Position numbers and translations under genes: made by a program. Shown here in pieces: positions 10,885-23,959 of a stretch of 64,000 bases of DNA (the first letter of the stretch is position 1; the number at the start of each line of letters is the position of its first letter). Origin of the DNA: Mustelus asterias. Its lineage: Eukaryota. The DNA is taken from contig NW_027590186.1 of assembly GCF_964213995.1 (NCBI RefSeq), positions 62,001 through 126,000 of the forward strand, written 5' to 3'. Under the pieces are notes generated by a model. That model worked only from the letters and a program-made list of their open reading frames with translations, ran no database searches and was not told the DNA's origin.

Positions 10885-11158
10885 CAGCTCCAAGTTCCCC
10901 TCCAACCCACACACCATCCTGACTTGTCTGACATCCAGGACTAAGAGAACATAAATGTTTTCCATATAAATACTGGGAAGTCTGAACCCATTGTCTTCAG
11001 TCCCCACGACAAACTCCACTCCCTGTCGGAGCCGGAACCAGGCTGTTCACAACCATGGTGAAATATTTCACTCCAGGATGAGCTTCCAGCCACATCATCA
11101 TCAAGACTGTCTATTTCCACCTCAGTGACATCGTCCGACGCCACCCCAGTCTCAACTC
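10885..11158 (+). mobile_element. L2-type LINE RT C-terminal fragment
   Basis: Degenerate KSEPIVFSP...VHNHGEIF...YFHLSDIVRRHP, matching the L2 KTE/RNLGV/YFHLRNIARLRP pattern. Confidence 0.55.
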
Positions 11159-11159
11159 A

Positions 11160-12385
11160 TTAGACCATAAGACACAGTAACAGAATTAGGCCACTCGGCC
11201 CATCGAGTCTGCTCCGCCATTCAATCATGGCTGATATTTTTCTCATCCCCATTCTCCTGCCTTTTCCCCATAACCCCTGATCCCCTCATTAATCAAGAAC
11301 CTATCTATCTCTGTCTTAAAGACACTCAATGTCCTGACCTCCACAACCTTCTGCAGCAAAGAGTTCCACAGATTCACCACTCTCTGGCTGAAGAAATTCC
11401 TCCTCCTCTCTGTTTTAAAGGATCGGCCCTTTAGTCTGAGGTTGTGCCCTCTATTTCTAGCTGTTCCTACTAGTGGAAACATTCTCTCCACATCCACTCT
11501 ATCCAGGCCTCGCAGTATCCTGTAAGTTTCAATAAGATCCCCCCTCATCCTTATAAACTCCAATGAGTACAGACCCAGAGTCTGAACTGTTCCTCATAGG
11601 ACAAGCTCTTCATTCCAGGGATCATTCTTGTGAACCTCCTCTGGACCTTTTCCAAAGCCAGCACATCCTTCTTTAGATATGGGGACCATAACTGCTCACA
11701 ATAGTCCAAATGGGGACTGACCAGAGCCTTCCGCAGCCTCAGAAATATATCCTTGCCCTTGTATTCTAGGCCTATCGACATGAATGCTAACATTGCATTT
11801 GCCTTCCTAACTGCCGACTGAACCTGCACGTTAACTTTAAGAGAATCTTGAACAATGACTTCCAAGTCCCTTTTTGTTTCTGATTTCCTAAGCATTTCCC
11901 CATTTAGAAAATACTTGTTGTCTCCATTCCTCCTTCCAAAGTGCAGAACCTCACACTTTTCCACATTGTATTCCATCTGCCGCTTCTTTGCCCACTCTCC
12001 TAACCTGTCCAAGTCCTTCTGCAGCCTCCCTGCTTCCTCGTTACTACCTCTCCCTCTACATATCTTTGTATCATCTGCAAACTTAGCAACAGTGCCTTCA
12101 GTTCCTTCCTCCAAATCGTTAATGTATATTGTGAAAAGTTGTGGTCCCAGCACTGACCCCTGAGGCACACCACTGGTCACCGGCTGCCATCCTGAGAAAG
12201 ATCCCTTTATCCCCACTTCTGCCTTCTGCCAGTCAGCCAATCCTCTATCCATGCCAGGATTTCACCCTTAACACTATGGGCACTTAACGGATTTAACAGT
12301 TTCCTCTGCAGCACCTTGTCAAAGGCCTTCTGGAAATCTAAATAAATCAGGTCCACTAGTTCTCCTTTATCTAACTTCTTTGTTA
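11160..12385 (-). mobile_element. CR1 LINE, 5'-truncated, with 3' tail
   Basis: ORFs 12207..12500, 11551..12252 and 11243..11563 carry frameshifted RT and C-terminal motifs. Confidence 0.92.
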
Positions 12386-14160
12386 CCAGATACGATCTAA
12401 GGAGATCCATCAAAGATGCCAAAAGACAATACCGGACCAAGCTAGAGTCCCAGGCGAGCCACACCAACCCCCGCTGACTATGGCAAGGTCTGCAAGACAT
12501 AACAGGCTACAAGATGAAGGCATGTAAAATCGCCGGCTCCAACGCTCCTCGCCCTGATGAGCTCAATGCATTCGTTTTGAGCAAGAGGTCAGCGAGAGCA
12601 TGCCCTCCACCCTGGAAGCCCTGGATGAATCTGTATCTGGGGTCTCCATTGCAGATGTCAGAGCAGCTTTCTTGAAGGTCAACCCACAGAAAGCAACGGG
12701 CCCGGATGGGATACCCGGACGGGCACTCAGATCCTGCGCGGATCAGCTGATGGGGGTATTCACAGACATCTTCAACCTCTCTTTACAACAATCTGAGGTC
12801 CCTATCTGCTTCAAGAAGACTACCTTCATCCTGGTACCGAAGCAAAACCAAGCAGCGTGCCTTAATGACTATCGGCCGGTGGCTCTGATATTCATCATTA
12901 TGAAGTGCTTCGAAAGGTCAGTCATGGCACAAATCAATTCCAGCCTCCCGGACTATCTGGATCCACTACAGTTTGCCTACCGCCGCAACAGGTCCACAGC
13001 AGACACCATTTCCCTGGCCCTGTACTCAACCCTGCAACACGTAGATTACAAGGACACCAATGTCAGACTCCTATTTGTTGACTACAGCTCAGCCTTCAAC
13101 ACTCTTCTTCCCATGAAACTCATCTCCAAACTCCGTGGCCTGGGTCTCGGCACCTCCCTCTGCAACTGGATCCTGAACTTCCTAACTCACAGACCACAAT
13201 CAGTAAGGATAGTCAACAACACCTCCTCCACGATCGTCCTCAACACCGGTGCCCCACAAGGCTGTGTTCTCAGCCCCCTATGATACTCTTATACACCTAT
13301 GACTGTGCGGCAAAATTCCCCTCCAATTCGATTTTCAAGTTTGCTGACGACACCCCAGTACTGGGTCGGATCTCAAACAATGATGAGACAGAGAACCTGG
13401 TGAACTGGTGCAGCAACAATAATCTCTCCCTCAATGTCAACAAAACAAAGGAGATTGTCATCGACTTCAGGAAGCGTAAAGAAGAACATGCCCATGTCGT
13501 CATCAATGGGGACGAAGTAGAAAGCGTCAAGAGCTTCAGGTTTTTAGGTGTCCGGATCACCAACAACCTGTCCTGGTCCCCCCATGTTGACACTATAGTT
13601 AAGAAAGCTCACCAACGCCTCTACTTTCTCAGAAGACTAAGGAAATTTGGCGTGTCAGCTACGACTCTCACCAACTTTTACAGATGCACCATAGAAAGCA
13701 TTCTTTCTGGTTGTATCACAGCTTGGTATGGCTCCTGCTCTGCCCAAGACCGCAAGGATCTACAAAAGGTCGTGAATGTGCCCAATCCATCACACAAACC
13801 AGCCTCCCATCCATTGACTCTGTCTACACTTCCCGCCGCGTCGGCAAAGCAGCCGGCATAATTAAGGACCCCACGCACCCCGGACATTCTCTCTTCTACC
13901 TTCTTCCTTTAGGAAAAAGATACAAAAGTCTGAGGTCACGTACCAACCGACTTGAGAACAGCTTCTTCCCTGCTGCTGCCAGACTTTTGAATGGACCTAC
14001 CTTGCATTAAGCTGATCTTTCTCTGCATCCTAGCTGTGACTGTAACACTACATTCTGCACTCTCTCCTTTCCTTCTCTATGAACGGTATGTTTTGTCTGT
14101 ATAGCGAGCAAGAAACAATACTTTTCACTGTATGATAATACATGTGACAATAATAAATTA
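12386..14160 (+). mobile_element. Rex1/Babar-type LINE, 5'-truncated
   Basis: ORFs 12600..13283 and 13280..13861: [59 protein letters not shown]; tail CATGTGACAATAATAAAT. Confidence 0.88.
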
Positions 14161-14164
14161 TTAT

Positions 14165-15003
14165 TGGAGGATGCGGAAAGTCTGCAGAGAGATTTGGATA
14201 GGCTGAGCGAGTGGGCGAGGATCTGGCAGATGGAATAGACATTGGCAAATGTGAGAAAAATTACATTGTGCGACTGTGCAGAGGGACCTGGGAGTCCTTG
14301 TGCACGAATCGCAAAAACTCAGTCTGCAGCTACAGCAGGTAATCAAGGTGGTGAGTGGAATGTTGGCCTTTATCGCGAGGGGGATAGAATATAAAAGCAG
14401 GGAGGTCTTGATACAACTATACAAGGCACTGGTGAGGCCGCAACTGGAGTACTGTGGGCAGTTTTGGTCCCCTTGTTTGCGAAAGGATATATTGGCCTTG
14501 GAGGGAGTGCAGAGAAGATGCACCAGGTTGATACCAGAGATTAGGGGTGTAGCTTATGAGGAGAGATTGATCAGATTGGGTCTGTACTCGTTGGAGTTTA
14601 GAAGGCTGAGGGGTGATCTTCTCGAGACGTATAAGATAATGAAGGGGCTGGATAGGGTAGAGGTGGAGACATTCTTTCCACTTAGAAGGGAAACCAGAAC
14701 TCGAGGGCACAGCCTCAAAATAAGTGGGGGCCGGTTTAGAACAGAGTTGAGGGGGAACTTCTTCTCTCAGAGGGTAGTGAATCTCTGGAATTCTCTGCCC
14801 ATTGAAGTGGTGGAGGCTACCTCGTTGAATATGTTTAAATCATGGAGTAGATAGATTTCTGATCGCTAAGGGAATTAAGGGATATGGGGAGCAGGCGGGT
14901 AAGTGGAACTGATTCGCTTCAGATCAGGCATGATCTTGTTGAATGGCGGGGCAGGCTCGAGGGGCTAGATGGCCTACTCCTGCTCCTATTTCTTATGTTC
15001 TTA
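14165..15003 (+). mobile_element. CR1 LINE 3' part, same subfamily as 1-945
   Basis: ORF 14276..14854 QRDLGVLV..LYKALVRPQLEYC..FFSQRVVNLWNSLP; start overlaps sequence at 820-900. Confidence 0.9.
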
Positions 15004-15084
15004 AATCGAATCAGATGGAGAAATTTCATTGGTCTGTGGAATTCTCTACCACAGAAAGCACTGGAGGCTGGGTCATTTCATAAA

Positions 15085-15234
15085 GATGTGGAGATGCCGG
15101 CATTGGACTTGGATAAACACAGTAAGAAGTTTAACAACACCAGGTTAAAGTCCAACAGGTTTATTTGGTAGCAAAAGCCACTTCCCGGTGTGGCTCTTTC
15201 TACCAAATAAGCCTGTTGGACTTTAACCTGGTGT
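15085..15234. mobile_element. Penelope-derived fold-back insertion
   Basis: About 45-bp inverted arms; flanked by GTCATTTCATAAA / GTCATTTAATAAA. Confidence 0.7.
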
Positions 15235-15459
15235 CATTTAATAAATTCAAGGCTGAGTTAGACTATTTTTTATCTGAGGGAGGCAGTCAGCATAATAGAA
15301 TTAATCAGATGAGCCACGAGTTTATTGAATGACAGAGCAAGGTCAATGGGCTGAATGGCCTACTCCTGACGCTAACACACTGATGTTCTCAGGATGTCCA
15401 CAGTCTCTGCAGCAGCTCCGTTCACCAGGGCCTGTCAATCAATCACACAATCATTTTCT

Positions 15460-15810
15460 CTCCTGGGGACCGGGACCCCGAAGCCCCGCCCCCTCTCTGT
15501 TGCGTCACCAAGAGGGCCACGCATGCGCTCCGCTCCTTGCTGGACCAAGATGGCGGCCATTAACCTGGGCCTGCTCCAAGAAAAAAATCCCCAAAGCAGC
15601 AAACCCGGGACCCGCAGGGTCTTATTCGGGCCTTCGGCTTTCAGCAAGTGTTTGTGAAGCCTCCGATCCCTCCCCACCCCGACTCCCGGCTAATTCCTCC
15701 CTCCGCCCCACTGATTCTCACCAGCTGAAGAAAAGCGTCTGCCGCACACAAGCATCCGAACAAGTGACACTGCGCATGCTCTAGATGCAGCATGGAGCCT
15801 GCGCACTGGT
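15460..15810. promoter_or_regulatory. CpG promoter-like segment, candidate promoter of ZNF-B
   Basis: GC box, CGCATGCGC, YY1-like AAGATGGCGG, CACTGCGCATGCT; related to the other ZNF promoter segments. Confidence 0.55.
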
Positions 15811-16099
15811 CTCTTGTGAAGGAAATCAGGCACTTTCAAACCCACGGGGAATGCTGGGTAACAACAGGGCCATTGAAAAACCAAATAGCAACAGAAAATG
15901 GATTTGTTACTAATTGAGATCAATTAATAAAAATATTAAAATAAATTATTGGTTTTAGTATTGTCACGTGTTAGTATATGGTGAAAAATATTGTTTCTCA
16001 CGTGCTATACAGATAAATTGTGAATTCTGTGAATTGTGAATGTGTCTATTGTGAATGGGCACTCTGCTGTGCTCCATTTCTCGAAACCATGCATGCAGC

Positions 16100-16295
16100 A
16101 CAGGAGCACAGTGGGTAGCACTGCTGCCTCACAGCACCAGGCACCCGGGTTCAATTCCGGCCTCGTTTCACTGTCCATATGGAATTTGCACGCTTTCCCT
16201 GTGTCTGCGTGGGTTTCGTCCGGTTTCCTCCCACACTCCAAAGATGTGTGAGTTAGGCTGATTGGCCCTGCTGAATTGCCCTATCGTGTCAGGGG
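16100..16295 (+). mobile_element. HE1/V-SINE-type SINE, partial
   Basis: A/B boxes and V-SINE core. Confidence 0.8.
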
Positions 16296-16511
16296 ACCAG
16301 AAGTTGTAATGTGCACAGGGTAGGACAAAGAACAACAAAGAACAGTACAGTACAGGAAACAGGCCCTTCGGCCCTCCAAGCCCATGCCGCTCCTTGGTCC
16401 AACTAGACCAATCGTTTGTATCCCTCCATTCCCAGGCTCATGTGACTATCCAGGTAAGTCTTAAACGATGTCAGCGTGTCTGCCTCCACCACCCTACAGG
16501 ACCTGGCTGGG

Positions 16512-17478
16512 ATTGGTGTCAGTGCAGGTTCAATGAGTTAAATGGCCTCCTTCTGCAGTGTAGGTATGAAAATACTGCTATCGTCTGGAACAATGGAGAG
16601 TTTTTCAAGTTTTTTCCTTCTAGTTCCCCTGACTCTCATTCTCAGAAGATGCAGACACTGGCTGGGTTCAAAAATCAGAATTAGTAGTTCCTCTGTCATT
16701 ACTACTTTATTTGTGATTATTACTTTGTTGTGTCTATTACTTGATTCCCTATGATGTGGAGATGCTGGCATTGGACTGGGGTGGGCACAGTAAAAAGTCT
16801 CACACTACCGGGTTAAAGTCCAACAGGTTTATTTGGAATCATGAGCTTCCAGAGCGCTGCTCCTTCATCAGGTGAGTGATGAAGGAGCAGCACTCCAAAA
16901 GCTCATGATGCCAAATAAACCTGTTAGACTTTAACTTGGTGTTGTGAGACTTGATTCCCTATGACAGTAGTATCATTACTAAAAATCCGCCGCAACAGTT
17001 AACACAGAAATCTGAGGGCATTGTCATCACAGCCTTTCAAACCATTAATAATAGAATCATCAGATATTCGGTTGTAATTCTCTCTATGAAAATCTCTCTG
17101 GCAAAATAAATATGGCTTCTCCACAGTAGAAAGGAAATCATTCACTCATCAATCCAAGCTCAGAATGCATGGGGATATTGCTGGTAAGTGTCCAGGACAA
17201 ATTGCTATTTGTAAGATGAAGGTACATCAGCAGCAGGAGTTAGTGAAGAGGGTGATGGTAATAACTAGGCAAACTGACTCAGCAGGAAAGCTGCTCTAAA
17301 GGAGATTCCATAGGATCCACCCAAAACACAATCGTTGGCACCAGTACGACAGATTCCAGTTAAACCTGACTGGTGTCGGTGCAGGTTCAATGAGTTAAAT
17401 GGCCTCCTTCTGCAGTGTAGGTATGAAAATACTGCTATCTTCTGGAACAATGGAGAGTTTTTCAAGTTTTTTCCTTCT
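16512..17478 (+). repeat. About 108-bp direct duplication (about 16512-16621 and 17370-17478)
   Basis: Both copies translate DWCxCRFNELNGLLLQCRYENTAIxWNNGEFFKFFPS. Confidence 0.85.
16753..16950. mobile_element. Penelope-derived fold-back insertion with TSD
   Basis: About 75-bp inverted arms; direct repeat ACTTGATTCCCTATGA at 16739-16754 and 16949-16964. Confidence 0.8.
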
Positions 17479-18074
17479 GACCCTGACGTGAGTATGGCCA
17501 AAGATACCACACACCATAGGAAAGCCTTTCCCTCATCCCTCATAGCAAGTAAGAACTCATCCATCCTACATGATGAGGTTTTCTGTCACAAGGATGTGAT
17601 GTGTATCACAAAGATGGTTAAAACCTTTTTTAGTTACATGGATTACATACATTGTTGTTGGATCATAGCTTGGTATATTTCTGTTTTGAGTCCTCGATAT
17701 TATATCCAGGTTGTGTATCTCACCAGGCTTCCACACCCCATCATTACTCTACAGACTCATGGCCAGTTTCTTCAGAATCTCCAACAAATCTTCACATTCC
17801 CCCTGCTACAGACAGTGGAAAAGATGGATCCTGCCCATCTCAACACCTCCAGGGAGAAACTCCCACACAGTACACTAACTGTTCAATGTGAAATGAAGTA
17901 ATGTTAAAAACATTGTTATAAAATGAGGCCAGGTGGCAAATTGGGAAGGTACATTTGATGTTCCAGATAGATTGGGGAAAAGCAAAACTTATCTTAGCAA
18001 ATTGGAAATGAGGGAAGAAAACACACCATGAAGGCCAGTGAAAAGGTCAGGAAACTGGATGGAGAATAAACGCA

Positions 18075-18262
18075 ATGAAGTTACTGTGAAAATCTCCTAA
18101 TCACCACACTCCACCGCTTGTTCGGGTACACTAAGGGAGAATTTAGCATGGCCAATGCACCAAACCAGCACATCTTTTTGGACTGTGGGAGGAAACCGGA
18201 GCACCCGGAGGAAACCCAAGCAGAAAAGGGGAGAACATGCAGATTCTGCAAACAGTGACCCT
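18075..18262 (-). mobile_element. V-SINE-type SINE, 3' part
   Basis: V-SINE core with the same tail type as 34228-34505. Confidence 0.75.
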
Positions 18263-18429
18263 GATTTTATCAACAGGGACAAGATGTGGATGGTAGTCAT
18301 GATCCTGGACTGTGTCCAGGCTGAAGTTCTGTTCTTGCCATACGATCCCCACGCAGATTGCCTTTCTGAGCTCCAGACAGGTGATAAACACTCTGGTGTC
18401 GATTTTGTCTTGCCATCCTATGTCTCAAA

Positions 18430-18835
18430 ACAAAGCTGGATTATTTCACATTTATTCAAAATATTAAACTGTAGCAAAGTTAAAGTGGTGATTCGCATCA
18501 GAAAGAAAATTTGACTCTCTGAACAAACATGGTTCAATCCTGGATATGATTAAAAGCAGCAGTGACAGCTGAAGCCAATCTCTGCAGTCACTTGTGAACT
18601 TGCTGCTGTCAACACAGGTTAGAAGAATGGATGAATACTTTCCCACACATGGAGCCAGTGAATGACCTCTGCAGTGTCAATTAATTGGTGTTTCAGCACT
18701 TCACATCTGCTTTTAACTTTCTTCTCACATTCAGATCATTTAAAATGTCTTCTCACATTCAGATCATTTAAAATGACTCTTTTCAGTGTGAACAAGTTGA
18801 TGTTCAATGAGACAGTATGACTGAGCAAATCCCAG
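18430..18835 (-). pseudogene. ZNF pseudogene remnant (last fingers and 3' UTR)
   Basis: Degenerate HQLVHTEK..FK*SECEK and CGKVF...QQVHK*LQ; short tandem duplication at 18721-18776. Confidence 0.75.
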
Positions 18836-19385
18836 ATTAGGGTTTGGAATACACGGCCTGAGAGTGTGATGGAGGCAGGTTCAGTTGATGCATTCAAAAG
18901 GGAATTAAGAATGTTCCCAATTGTGGGGGAGTCCAAACGTAGGGGTCGTAGTTTGAGGACAAGGGGTAAACCTTTTCGGACTGAGGTGAGGAGAAATTTC
19001 TTCACCCAGAGGGTGGTGAATGTGTGGAATTCCTGATCACAGAATGTAGTTGAGGCCAAAATGTTGTCTGATTTCAAGAAGAAATTAGATATAGCTCTCG
19101 GGGCCAAAGGCATCAAGGGATGTGGCGGGGGGGGGGGGGGGGGGGGGGTGGAGGTTAGATCAGGATATTGAATTCGATGATCAGCCATGATCAAATTGAA
19201 TGGCACAGTAGGTTCGAAGGGCTGAATGGTCTACTCCTGCTTCTAGTTTCTATGTTATCTGAAAAGGAAGAATGTGCAGGATTACAGGGAGAAGGCGGGA
19301 GAATGGAATTAGGCGAGTTGTTCATTCGGAGAGCTGGTGCACACATGATGGGCCAAATGGCCTCCTGCATCAAAACTATTTGGTG
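18836..19385 (+). mobile_element. Nested CR1 3' fragments including a G22 tract (19127-19148)
   Basis: FFTQRVVNVWNS motif and CR1 3' UTR. Confidence 0.7.
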
Positions 19386-19409
19386 ATTCTGGTGAAATCC
19401 TTAAAAACT

Positions 19410-19800
19410 GTAATTGCTGGAACAAAACTCAGCAGGTTCAGCAGCATCTGTGCAGAGAGAGAAACAGAGTTAACATTTCAGGTCTGTGACCTTTCCTGTG
19501 AACTGGGGAAAGCCAGAAATGTAACAGGTTTGGAGAAAGGGGCGGGTGGGACAGGGACTAAAGGAAGGGTGGAAGACAGGAGAGATTGAATGAGAGAAAA
19601 GTGAATCACCCCCAGAGCCAAAGGGAATGGAGATGGAGCGAGAGAAGAAAGAGGGAAACAGAAGCTGTGTCTGGAGCAGGGGGGCTGCCGACTGAAAGAA
19701 AGAAAAATGAAACAATCAAAGAAAAAGAAACAGAACGGGCTGAGAGTTTACTCTCTGAAACTGTTGGACTGAATGTTGGGTCCAGAAGGCTGTAAAGTGT
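19410..19800 (-). mobile_element. Penelope-like terminal fragment (family 2)
   Basis: ACTCAGCAGG..CAGCATCTGTG..GAGAGAGAAACAGAGTTAAC, shared with 26630-26810, 44340-44410 and 49260-49506. Confidence 0.5.
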
Positions 19801-20004
19801 GGAGGGGATGGGTCAGTGGGAGGATCTTCTCCTGGACCTGCTCTAGACCCTGGTTAGAACAGTAATCCAGGGTGGGTGGGGCTGAAGGGGGTGGCGGGGG
19901 TCACTCTGACAGATCTTCTGTGGTCTTGTCTGTGCCCAGGTGACCCTGGAGAGGGAGATTCTATCGGGGGTTTGTTGCTGATTAGTTTGATTTAATCACA
20001 AGTT

Positions 20005-20200
20005 TGGGGAAACGAGAGGAAAGAATGTTCCAGAGAAACTGGAATTGTCTATTCTGAATTTCTATCCTGCACTGATAGTGACACTGACACTGTCAACTCT
20101 TTTTACAGGGGATTAGAAGGGGAGGATTTACTGATAGAAAACTCAGATCAAACATCTGACAGTCACTCATTTCATCAGGACCTGAATTTCACAGACGTTT
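20005..20200 (+). pseudogene. Orphan ZNF intron end, acceptor and fossil linker with no finger array
   Basis: AAGAATGTTCCAGAGAAACT..TTTTACAG|GGGATTAGAAGGGGAGGATTT matches the acceptor module of the ZNF genes. Confidence 0.7.
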
Positions 20201-20924
20201 GGCACAGAAGGCCATTTGGCCCATCGTGTCTGTGTCTGCTCCCCAAGTGAGCATTAAGGCATAGTGCCATTCTCCTGCCTTTTCCCCATGCTAGTGAATT
20301 TCATAAGCTATCCAGCTCTTGGCTCCCCCAAGAGACCAAATGAAGATTTTCGGAGTCTAAAATTGCCCTTTATTCAAGTTAAAGCAGGGTAAACTGGTTT
20401 CCGCACACATGGCGACAGACTGCCAGAACAAAGGAATACTATTGCAATCATACCTTTAGGATCAACTACAGGTAATTAACATACACAGATTGAAATTGTA
20501 CACTGATTTAAAGGTACTCACTATCCAATCACAACTAATAGTTCTGATTACTTCATTTGTTTCCCACAGTGATGTTTAACCAATTACAGCAACTCTCCCC
20601 TTGCCTAATTGAAATATCCAATTATCAACAGGGCACGTACACATAGCTACATCATCAATAAACACATGTCTATGGTCCTTGACGATCTGGCACCCTGAGT
20701 GCTGACATATGACTTCTATCAAAACACTGCAGTCTTGGGCTGTTATCTGAAAGCAGTGATGTTGTAGTTACAGCCTCTTGTGGCCTATCAAAGCCCCCTT
20801 GTCTATTGTTTGTGCAGCTGTGCCTTGCAGCTCCAGCAGTTTCCCAGGAACTTTGCTGCATTGAATGATTTTTAACCCTTTCACCATCTATTAGTCCAGT
20901 GGACCTTCTCCGAACCATTTCTTA

Positions 20925-21460
20925 CGCATTTACATCCTTTCTTAAATAAGGAGACCAATAATACTCCAGATGTGACCTCACCAGTGTTCTGTATAACCGA
21001 AGAATAACATCCCTTCTTTTGTAATTAATTCTCCTCACAATAAACAATAACATTCTATTAACTTTCCTGATTACTTGCTGCACCTGCCTTTTCTGATTCA
21101 TGCACAAGGACACCCAGATCCCTCTAAATCTCTCACTGTTTAGACAATATTCTTTGTATTTATACTTCCTGCCAAAATGGACAATTTCGCATTTACCCAC
21201 ATTATACTACATTTGCCAGTTCTTTGCCCACTCACTTAACCTATGTCCCTTTGTAGCCTCCTCACATCCTCTTCACAACTTATTTTACTAATTATTTTAT
21301 ATCATCAGCAAATTTAGCAACCATACATTCAGTACCTTCATCCAAGTCATTGAAATAAATGGTAAAAAGATTCCAGCATTGAACCCAGTGGCACACCGCT
21401 CATCACATCCAGCCAACTAGAAAAATTCCTCTTTATGCCAACTCTCTTCTTCCTGTTAGT
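20925..21460 (-). mobile_element. Degenerate CR1 fragment
   Basis: KCEIVHFGRK...LYRTLVRSHLEY. Confidence 0.75.
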
Positions 21461-21609
21461 CATAGAGTTATACAACACAGAAAAAGGCCATTCGACCCAT
21501 CATTTCTATGCTGGTCAAAGACAAATCATCAAACTATTCTAATCCCATTTCCCAGAACTTGGACCGTTGCCTTGCATGTCTTGGTATCGCAAATGCACTT
21601 CTAAATAAG

Positions 21610-23062
21610 CAACAAAGAAAATTACAGCACAGGAATAGGCGCCTCAGCCCTCCAAGCCTGCACCGACCATGTTGCCTCACTGAACTAAAACCCCCTACCC
21701 TTCTGGGGGTCATATCCCTCTCTTCCCATCCTATTCATGTATTTGTCCAGATGCCCCTTAAAAGTCACTATCGTATCTGCTTCCACTATCTCCCCTGGCA
21801 GCGAGTTCCAGGCACCCACCACCCTCTGAGTAAAAGAACTTGCCTCGTACATCTCCTTTAAACCTTGCCCCTCGCACCTTAAACCTATGCTCCCGAGTAA
21901 TTTGACTCTTCCACCCTGGGAAACTAACTATCCACTCTGTCAATGCCCCTACTAATCTTGTAGACTTCTATCAGATCGCCCCTCAACCTCTGTCTTTCCA
22001 GTGAGAACAAACCAAGTTTCTCCAACCTCTCCTCATAGCTAATGCCCTCCATACCAGGCAACATCCTGGTAAATCTTTTCTGTACCCTCTCCAAAGCTGC
22101 CACATCTTTCTGGTAGCGTGGCGACCAGAATTGAACACTAGATTTCAAGTGCGGTGTAACTAAGGTTCTATAAAGCTGCAACATGACTTGCCAATTTTTA
22201 AACTCAACACCCCAGCCGATGAAGGCAAGCATGCCCTGTGCCTTCTTGACTACTTTCTCCACCTGCATTGCCACTTTCAGTGACCTGTGTACCTGTACAC
22301 CCAGATCCCTCTGCCTAGCAATACTCTTACGGTTTCTGCCATTTATTGTATATTTCCTGTCTTTATTAGACCTTCCAAAATGCATTACCTCACATTTGTC
22401 CAGATTAAACTCCACCTGCCATCTCTCTGCCCAAGTCTCCAACCGATGTATATCCTGCTGTATCCCCTGATGGTCCTCATCACTATCCGCAATTCCACCA
22501 ACCTTTGTGTCGACCGCAAACTTATCAAACCAGTTACATTTTCCTCCAAATCATTGATATATATTACAAACAGCAAAGGTCCCAGCACTGATCCCTGAGG
22601 AACGCCACTGGTCACAGCCCTCCATTCAGAAACGCACTCTTCCACTGCTACCCTCTGTCTTCTTTGACCAAGCCAGTTTTGTATCCATCTTGCCAGCTCA
22701 CCTCTGATCCCATGCGACTTCACCTTCTGCACAAGTCTGCCATGAGGGACCTTGTCAAAGGCCTTACTGAAGTCCATGTGGACAACATCCACTGCCCTAC
22801 CCTCATCAACCATCTTCGTCACTTCCTCCAAAAACTCGATCAAGTTAGTGAGACATGACCTCCCCTTCACAAAACCATGTTGCCTCTCACTAATACATCC
22901 ACTTATTTCCAAGTGGGAGTAAATCCTGTCTCGAAGAATACTGCCCAATAATTTCCCTATCACTGAAGCAAGGCTCACTGGCCTGTAATTACCTGATTAT
23001 TCTTGCTACCCTTCTTAGACAAAGGAACAACATTGGCTATTCTCCAATCCTCTGGGACCTCC
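21610..23062 (-). mobile_element. CR1 LINE, 5'-truncated
   Basis: ORFs 22385..22978 and 21924..22442 with RT motifs. Confidence 0.92.
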
Positions 23063-23064
23063 CT

Positions 23065-23838
23065 GTAAAAAGTCTCACAACACCAGGTTAAAGTCCAACA
23101 GGTTTATTTGGTAGCAAAAGCCACTAGCTTTCGGAGCGCTCGCTGCTCCTTCGTCAGGTGAGTGGGAGATGTGTTCACAAACAGGGCATATAAAGACACA
23201 AACTCAATTTACAAAATAACGGTTGGAATGCAAGTCTTTACAGGTAATCAAGTCTCAAAGGTACAGACAATGTGAGTGGAGAGAGCGTTAAGCACAGGTT
23301 AAAGAGATGTGTATTGTCTCCAGACAGGACAGTTAGTGTGATTTTGCAAGCCCAGGTAAGTCGTGGGGGTTACAGATAGTGTGACATGAACCCAAGATCC
23401 CGGTTGAGGCCGTCCTCATGTGTGTGGAACTTACCAAGCATTCTCCAACGCTTGGTAAGCGTTCCCCAAGGCGGCCTTCACGACACACGACAACACAGAG
23501 TCGCTGAGCAGAGACTGATAGCCAAGTTCGCACACAAGAGGACTAACTGTCCTGGCTGGAGACAATACATATCTCTTGAACCTGTGCTTAGCCCTCTCTC
23601 CACTCACATTGTCTGCACCTTTAAGACTTGATTACCTGTAAAGACTCGCATTCCAACCATTATTTTGTAAATTGTGTCTTTATATGCCCTGTTTGTGAAC
23701 AGAACTCCCACTTACCTGATGAAGGAGCAGCACTGCGAAAGCTAGTGGCTTTTGTTACCAAATAAACCTGTTGGACTTTAACTTGGTGTTGTGAGACTTA
23801 TTGTGTTTACCCCAATCCAACACTGGCATCTCCACATT
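23065..23838. mobile_element. Penelope-like retroelement remnant with inverted terminal arms and GIY-YIG C-terminal coding remnant
   Basis: Arms about 23065-23350 and 23540-23800 are inverted; the centre reads QGGLHDTRQHRVAEQRLIAKF (+) and HEDGLNRDLGFMSHY (-); hammerhead-like cores in the arms. Confidence 0.75.
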
Positions 23839-23959
23839 TTGGAAATATATCGCCGTTCCTTCACAGTCGCTGGGTCAAAATCCTGGAATTCCCTCCCTAT
23901 CAGCAGGGTGGATGTACCTGCACAACATGGACGGCAGTGGGTTCAGGTCCCATACATCA

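Noticed and set aside
20289-20920. LTR-like segment
   Set aside because: A minus-strand polyA signal is present, but no terminal repeat or TSD could be defined
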